From: Antedon mediterranea
Taxonomy: Eukaryota > Animalia > Echinodermata
Reading direction: 5' to 3'
DNA length: 64,000 nucleotides
NCBI RefSeq assembly: GCF_964355755.1
Contig: NC_092675.1
Location: forward strand, 7,373,812 to 7,437,811
Below are positions 53,601 to 62,600 of this stretch, piece after piece. The notes under the pieces are model-generated. The model had not been told where the DNA came from, did no database searches, and was given only the letters and a program-made list of their open reading frames with translations. Each line of letters starts with the position of its first letter. Position 1 is the stretch's first letter. The translations under genes and the position numbers were made by a program.

Positions 53601-56600
53601 CAGTACCTTGGTATTGGCAGTCAAGTACATTAACGATTTAAGCTTCTGGTCCACTCCATTAACATCAACCAAAAAAGTACCAAACTTTTTCTTGTGTTCT
53701 ACTTCACACATCATCGTAAACGTGCCTATGATTGTGGGCAATTTTTGACATGTACACAAATGTAACATATTGAGTCGCAAGACTTAAGTCTGTTATAAAA
53801 ATGTATTTATTTCTCAGGTTGTACTGCCAGTGGCTTTTGTCTGTATCTCCATGTTATTTGCATTCATCGTTCCTCCGCTTACTCAACCACAACCTCTTGC
53901 TTTGGTGCCGTGGAATTATGAGCCAAATAACGTCTTCTACAGCAATGATGCGCCAGCAAATTCGTTCTCAGTCGAAATGGAGGACAATCTTATCAACTAT
54001 CCAGGAATTGGATCTAGGTGTATGGATGGGGATCCAGTGCCGTAAGTTTTATTTTGTTGTGTTGATATTTATAATAGTGGTATCAGTACAACCACAGTTC
54101 GCAAGCGATGGTAGTTTTTAGCACATAAATGTTGATGTTGATGATTTTGATAAAAATAGCAGTATAGTCATTTTTCATGATCGTAAAACCAAAGAAAACA
54201 ACCAAAGAAAAAGATTCATTTTGTTTCACTTTCACAAATTGTTTTGTTTGTCCAACTTAACATTATTCATATCTTAAATATATTCAAATAAGTATTTTTA
54301 ATTTCTAGAGATAAACCATGTGATCGAGAAACTTCTAGCATGTGGAAAAAATCCAATCAGTCAAAAGACACGTCACAAGAATGCAACTGTGAATCTGGTT
54401 ATCAGATGTGCCCCTCTGGAGCTGAAGGTCCAGAACCACCTCACCGTGTGACTGAAACAACAGACACCCTATATAATCTTACAAGTAGAAACATCAGTAA
54501 TTATCTAGTCAAGACAATGGAAGAGTTCATATTAAAAAGGTAAGTCATAGGTTTGTGTTTAATATTTAGATATAGATATCAGTAAATAGTGGAGTTGTGG
54601 CTTGGTGGTTGTTATGCTTGTCTACCAATCCAAGTGTCCTTGGTTCAAGCCCTGTCATATAATAGGACTTTTTTCTAATGACAAATGAAAATTCCACTCC
54701 CACTACACTTTATGTAGACATCTTGTGTATATGTTTGTCAGGATTGCCACCTTTAAGAGGGATAGTGAATCAATTTGCTTGTAGTTATCCTTGGCAATTA
54801 TATTTATTTTTTTATTTATATTTGCCTAAAATATATAAAAACCAAAAAACAAACAAAAACAATTCATATACACTGCCAAATAACACATGTAAATTTTTCA
54901 CTGGCCAACAATTCCGCATTTCTGCATCCCTGATTCAGACTACACATATCCAGATCAAATACACATTTTTGCTGGCAGTGTAAAAGAACTATAAATTGAC
55001 ATGTTTAATTCCCAGTGATATAGTTTAAACCGATTAGGTCAGTAAGCATTCCCCGACTGTCTCTGCAAGTGCAAATTTTTATGTTTTGTTTTTTTGTCCA
55101 GTAATCCTGACAAATTAATTTAAATTCTGATTTTTTAGGTGAACTGAACTAATATTTTACATTTCTAAATTTCAGGTTTGGTGGATTTAGTTTTCTGGAA
55201 ATTGCTGATTTCTCAAATCTAACTAGGAATGTTAGCAATGAGATCATTGCCAACATATCTGAAACAGATTTCAAGACATTGTTTCCAGAAGCTGTAAGTA
55301 TTCTAAATGAATTCTTAAGCTCTGTCTACAATATCAAAGTTTATGTGACAAAAAAATGCCCATATATGAACATGATGATGTCATATCACTACCATAATTG
55401 GGCATTATCACTGTTATATTTGGGCACTTGTTCTGTCAAACTAGTTTGATAGTGTAGACAGAGCTTTAGTCAACTAGAAATGTTGAAATAACACAAGCAA
55501 ATTATCATATACCTTATCAACAGTTAAGTTCTAAATTGCGATTTGTATACAAACATTTATTACAATCAATCAATCAATCAATGAATTTAAAAACTGGATT
55601 CAAATGTATTATTGGTATCAATTTGTATTTTATTTATTTCAGGACCCAGATTTAATACCATCTGTTGACACAGTGAAAGAGATATATGATGTATTAGAAG
55701 AATTAACAGAACGTTATAATGCAAAGGTAATTGTGACTAGTTATGTCATGCTAGATATAGAACCTGTGGTTAACTGCACTGTGTGTTGCAGTTTTAGTTA
55801 TTTAATCATGTTTAATCTCATTAGAACATATGGGACTCCTATAGTGTCTATAATAAAGTTATTGATCTGGTAGGGTAGTTTCGAAGGGTTTTATATGAAC
55901 ACAGGAATACCCTATTCTTTTTGAAAAATGAACTGGGTTCTTTTAAGTGCATACAAGGAATTTTCATTGTCACAGTCACCAGAAGCGAGGAGAGCCTTGC
56001 ACCTTTGCAGATATTAGGGACTTTACGAAACACGACCGTTAGGGGAGGATGACGAATATCCTGTGTTCGCTAGAGCATAAAATCATATACAGTCAACATA
56101 GCCGTTTATTAGTTCCGCACCCTTGCACGAAGACGACGACCGGCAGTATATCTCTCCGATCCTTCCCCTGTCTCAGAGCGCGGGACGCTTCTGAATCGCT
56201 TGGCTCTAGGCATAGAAGCATAGGCCTAGCCTTCCTAAGCTAGCCATTTGAACCCAATAAAAATGTTATTTCATTAAAGAATTAAATTAAAGCTTCAAAT
56301 AGTATTTAGAGTTTAGATTGTGTTTAGGTGTAATTTGAACTGTATATTTAAGGTTATATACATTCTCCGTAAACAGGAAAATGGCAACTTTATCGTCCTC
56401 AAAAAGCTAAGACGACGCAATATCACGCTAAACACTGCCCACTTTGTTAAAGCTCATGCATAAATTATTGATGAGCACTGTCCTGTGGCTTCCCGTCGTG
56501 TTTTGTAAAGTCCCTATTATGACTGGTTTGGTGTACCCCTGTCACAACAGCTTGATACTGATACAAGATAATGTTAATATATTTTTAACTCTATTTGTAA

Positions 56601-59600
56601 TTTCTTTTTAAAGGTTTGGTGGAATAATAACGGTTGGCATGCACTACCTACATACATCAACGTGATGAGTAACATGTTGTACAGAGCAAAATTAAATACG
56701 TCCCAGCGTAGTTCACATGGAATTACAGTATATAACCATCCACTCAACTACACACAGCTACAGCTGAATGAAAAAGCATTGTAAGTAGTTTTGATGATTT
56801 CAAGGCTAGTTGAGTTTGCTGGTGATATCTAATCAGGAAGCCATTTTTTTTATTTACGAAAAGAAATATCGCAACCAGGAATGGATCCTTTATTTGTGGG
56901 TGTCTTTCGTTTCATTTATTTCCACTCGTTTAAATGTATTTAAACAAACATACGTATACAGTGTATAATATATGGGTGGAAGGAGGTCACAGTAAGTTCA
57001 TTGAACTTTAAATCGTGACCTGCGTGTTAGGTTATGGTAGTGATAAGTGTACAATAAATTCATGCTTCCTTTTTTTAGGCTTCGTAGTTCAATAGAAGTT
57101 TTAGTAGCAACCTTTGTGGTCTTTGCAATGGCATTTATTCCGTCCAGCTTTATTGTGTTTTTGATTGGTGAACGAACGAGCAAAGCCAAACATCTACAGC
57201 TGGTCAGTGGCATCAATCCTACCATCTATTGGGTAGCAAACTTCTGCTGGGATTTGGTGAGTTATCTTTCTTTTTATTACCTCCGACAAGGTGGTTATAA
57301 TTATATTATTTTGATTATATACCAATGGTTAAATAATACATTAGTAATGTATCCTTTCCAACACCAATGATGTAATTGTAACACAATCGACGATAAAATG
57401 ATCATAATACTGTAGCTCATTAGGTGAATATGAACTCTCTTAAATTGTAAATGAACTACTTTGAATGTTTGGATTCCTGTACTGAAACCATGTAGTAAAG
57501 CTCAAGAAATTTTATTTTTTCTATCTTATAATACTGTACTCTGATTATACAGTGGAGGACACCTTCAGGACCCAACATAGATGTGTCCCCTTAATAGGGG
57601 TTAACCATAGTGTTAAACAATATATTGCCTCTCATTCATTTCACATGAAACTGTCCTCTTTATAATAATTGTCTTCCTGACTGTCAATTAATAATTCAAG
57701 TATTAATAAATACTGTTTACATTTTGTAGATAAACTATGCCGTTCCAGCTTGCTTAGTGATCTGTGTGTTCCTCATATTTCAACAAGACTCCTATGTTGG
57801 ACCTAAAAATTTTCCATGCTTAGTTCTACTATTGATGTTATACGGGTAAGTTGAGAGCCAGTCAAAATACATACATAATAATGAACTATTGTTGAATTTG
57901 TATTTTGTATGTGTATGGCCCTAGGGAAGAACAACCATGTGCTGATCTGGGCCTCCATGGATAGATTAAATTGTTGAAACTCATTAAAAGATTTTTCACA
58001 CTGCTGCTCTAGCCCGCTACGTCCCATTAGGACTACTCAATCAGAAGCTAAAGCAAGCAGCAGTTATAGTTCTAAGGACAGACAGTTTTGTGAAAATGGA
58101 AACTCCACTATGATTTATTGATTCACAGTAGACCCAAAAAACGTCTGGGAAAGAGTCTATTAGGACATGTCATGCTAAAATTACAAATCCCTAAGCATTT
58201 CTGGTATATTCACTGTCAGATATTCATTGAATTATTATCGAAACAGTCCATTAAAGTTTGTGTTTGTAATAGGATACTTCACAATTGAAATATCTAGGGT
58301 GATGAAGTGACCCCCAGATTTGACCTTAGCAATAAAATTAACTAAAGTGACAGAAATTGAGTATTCACTTCTGTAACAAAAATATAATATTTATTCACAT
58401 ATAAAAAAAGAAAAGAAACCCAAAAACCATTGTCTGACAGACAATTTAAGTATTTGTTGCTTTAAATTACATTTTTTTCAGGTAAAATAACTATTATGTG
58501 ACAATAAAATGACACATTAAAAAACATTTGAAATAAAAAATATTTTTCAATAAGCGAGCAGCGTTTTTTGTAAGAAATATTTCTTGTTTAAATAGCCAGC
58601 ACTAAACAATAGCAATAGGAAGTGTAGTTAGTTAGCCTAATTTAACACCACTATTCACATATTGTTGCATTTCATTAAGTGTCATAAAAATCTTTTTCTT
58701 TATCGTGTAGTTGGGCTATAACACCCCTTATGTACCCTGCTACGTTTGTGTTCAGCGTGCCTAGTACAGCCTATGTTGCTCTTGCATGTACCAATGTCGT
58801 CATTGGCATTGTTACTATGTCTGCAACATTCATTCTGGAGTTTTTATCAGATGATGAGGTGAGTAGTATTAGGAAATATTGTACATAAATAATAACTATA
58901 CGATAACCCATCTATACTGCCTTTGATGAAAATGATATTTTCTTATCTCCAATCAAATAATTAGTAAGAGCAATAATATCATGACGATGCAACAATGTCA
59001 TTTCATTGGATTTGAAAAACATTATTTTTATTAAAGTTCTAGTATGATAGTTTTTCGAATTTTGTTGTATGTAAGACAAATGTATGTTTATCCATTTACT
59101 GTACTAGTGTCGCAGCCTTAACCCCTAACCATTTTAACGTCTCAATACAATAATATTGTGACGATACAACAATGTCATTGCTGGGAAACATATGTAAGCC
59201 AGTGAGTATTGGATTACAATAATACTTTTCTTTTATTATATATAAAGCATTTACAAAATGTTAACAACATTTTGAAGTCGATATTCTTGGTATTACCTCA
59301 ATACTGTCTTGGAAGGGGCTTAATAGACATGGCAACCAATCAACTGTATGCAGAAACATTTTCCAAATATAGTAAGCAAACCAACGAAATTTTTTTTTAT
59401 CTCCCTGAAGTGAATCACTTTCAATATAAATGGATTCAGTTGGACAATTATATTAATAAGCATTTGAAAATTAAGATTTTGTGTAATGAAATATTTAATG
59501 TTGCTTTCTTGTCTTGCTAAAAATTACTACAGACTCAAAATATAAATACAATTATATACATAATTATGCAATTTCTACTACTCATTTTATGATCAATAGA

Positions 59601-62600
59601 AAACAAAATTGAGGCCTAATATGTATTGTGAAAACAACTGTTTTGCATTGACATTAACTTGAATTGTTTTAACATATTTGTAGCTGGTTTCTATAACTTT
59701 AGCAGTCCGCTTGAATGGGATCTAGTTGGACGCAACTTGTTTGCATTGTTGATCCAGGGTTTTGTCTTCTTTGCATTCACTTTACTCATTCAGTACAACT
59801 TTTTCATCAAACCAAGGTAAACACTTTTTGTTTTTTTTCTTCTTAAATTAAATTTCACTTCTTAAGATGCAGGTGGATTTAACAGAAAATTATGCCATGT
59901 CATAAATACATACTTTGTTATGTTTGTGTTAGGGCCCATTTAAACTAGGACGATAACAATCGACGATAAATATATAAGCATCCAGTTTGTTTACGTAAAA
60001 AAGAAATTAGAAAGGTTTTCGTTCTAGGACTATATGATAATCATTTATGCTGTCTTTGATAAAAATAATATTTTAAAAATTCCAATCAAATGACGTCATG
60101 ATAAATAAAAACAATAAAAACGTTGCATTGTCACGATATTATTGCTCTTGCTAATCATGACGTCATTTGATTGAACGTGTGAAAATATCATTTTCATCAA
60201 AGGAAGCATAGATGGTTATTCTATAGTTCTAGAATGAAAAGTTTTTATATTTCTTTTGTTTTATGTATGAAAAATGCATATTTGTCTATTTATCGTTGAT
60301 TGTTATCGTCTTAGTGTATAATGGGCCTTTAGAAAGTATGAATAGAAGAGAATCATTCATGATACCAGTTTGTTTTAATTGCTCTTGTCTGCTCACTTCT
60401 TCCTGGAATTTTATTATTTTTGTTTTCACACATGATGTAAGGAATACATACAATAGAATAGAATACAGTATTTTAATTAGATCTTCAAAATATATATATT
60501 TAACTGGCTAATTTGTCTTCAGACATATTAAACCTCAAAAGAAAAACAAAGAAGAAGAGGAAGACATAGATGTTGCAAGAGAAAGACAAAGAGTCCTTTC
60601 AGGGCAGGCTTCTGGTGATCTAATGAGATTAGAAAACCTTACTAAGGTAATAATTGAATCTCTATATGCATGGTCAATCATTTCAATGTATCGTTTGGTC
60701 AACTCTCCCATTACCAGACACCTTTGGGATTTGCTGTTGTGACTGGTTTTCCAGAAAGTCTGGTATTCAGAATGTGTTTTTAATGGTAAAAAGGGAAATT
60801 GGGACCCTTTGGACTTAGAGAATTGTCTGGTTTTCATAGGGTTCGGTATTGACGAATTTGAAACAAAATTTTGTCATATATACATATTGTACAATTGTTT
60901 AGTTTTTTTTAAATCAATAGAACTTAAATTTATTTCTTTTTCAAGGTATACCGTGTGTCCAGAGGTTCTTACAATCTCGCCGTTGATGGTATAACATTTG
61001 GAATTCCAAAAGGAGAGGTATTACTCATGAACAATATATCTTTTTCTCATTTTTATTTTTCGTATTTACATCATATTTTAACTAAAGTGCCTAGTCAAAT
61101 AGCTATGGGATTAAGGTAGAGGCGCCATTACCGTACCTAAATAGCCATCGGGGCCGATTCTCTCCTAGTTCTGGTGATGAAACAAGTCTTCTAAAATAAG
61201 GACTATAAATCGTACGTCCAGTTTACACAGATTGTCCGTGTGCACTTTAAAGAACCCAGTTTATTATTCTAGATGAGTAGGAAGTTACCCCGGTGAACTG
61301 GTTCACAAAATAGCCCCTGGTTCAGGGGGATTACCACCGATAGGGCAGTTATTAATTTACTTTTATTAATTCTTAGCCACATGTGCCTAAATACATAAAT
61401 ATAAAAAATGAATAGATGAAAATATAAAAGTGTATTTATTGCATTGCAGTGTTTTGGCCTACTGGGTGTAAATGGAGCAGGTAAAACAACTACCTTTAAG
61501 ATGTTAACAGGAGACACAGATGTGACCAGTGGCACGGCGTTTGTCAATTCCTACAGCATCTTAACTGAGATGCGCAAAGTAAATCAAAATATGGGTTACT
61601 GCCCTCAGTTTGATGCACTTGATCAACTACTCACTGGGAGGGAACATTTAGAATTCTATGCAAGATTACGAGGGGTACCTGAAGAGGATATTAAAAAGGT
61701 AAGTAAAGTATAGCATTATTGTGCAGTAACTCTAATTTGTTGATAAATCATATATATGTTTATAAATGCATGGTTGATCTTGTTACATTTTGTTTAATAA
61801 CCTTGCCTTTTAGGAGGCTGATAATGGAATCAAGAATCTCGGTCTTATTCAATATGCTGATAAATCAGCTGGTAGCTACAGTGGAGGGAACAAACGTAAA
61901 CTCTCAACAGCTATTGCGCTCATTGGTGATCCTGCAATTGTCTTCTTGGACGAGCCGACGACCGGTATGGATCCAAAGGCTCGTCGTTTCTTGTGGAACT
62001 GTATCACGCGTATGGTGAAAGATGGCCGTTCAGTCATCCTAACGTCTCATAGTATGGAAGAATGTGAGGCGTTGTGTACTCGTATTGCTATCATGGTCAA
62101 TGGTAGATTTAAATGCTTGGGTAGTATCCAACATCTTAAGAATAAGTAAGTATCTTTACCTAAATCTTTTATAGGAATTACATTATTTATTACAATACTT
62201 AACTCTTACTTTGTTATTTTCCAGACACAATAATCATAAAGTGCTAAATAAAATTGATTTGTGTATGGAAATTGACATTTTAAATTATAAAATTTAAAAT
62301 TGTTATTTTTCATGATATGATTAAAGTAGTAAACATTCATTGACTAGTAAAAAATATATTTATATTTTTTTGGTTGATTCCATTTTTTACTTTATTTATT
62401 CATTCAAATATGTATGTTAATTTTTTGTTAATAATCTGATGAAATAGAACCCAACAATTGTTGCCTGAATAGTGGTTTGACTAGTGTTAAAAACTCCGGA
62501 TAGATATAGTGGTATCCTAAAGGATGGAATATACATTAAATATTTCCACCTCGAATGGTTAATCTAAGTAAAAAATGTTCTTCTAGGTTTGGGGATGGTT

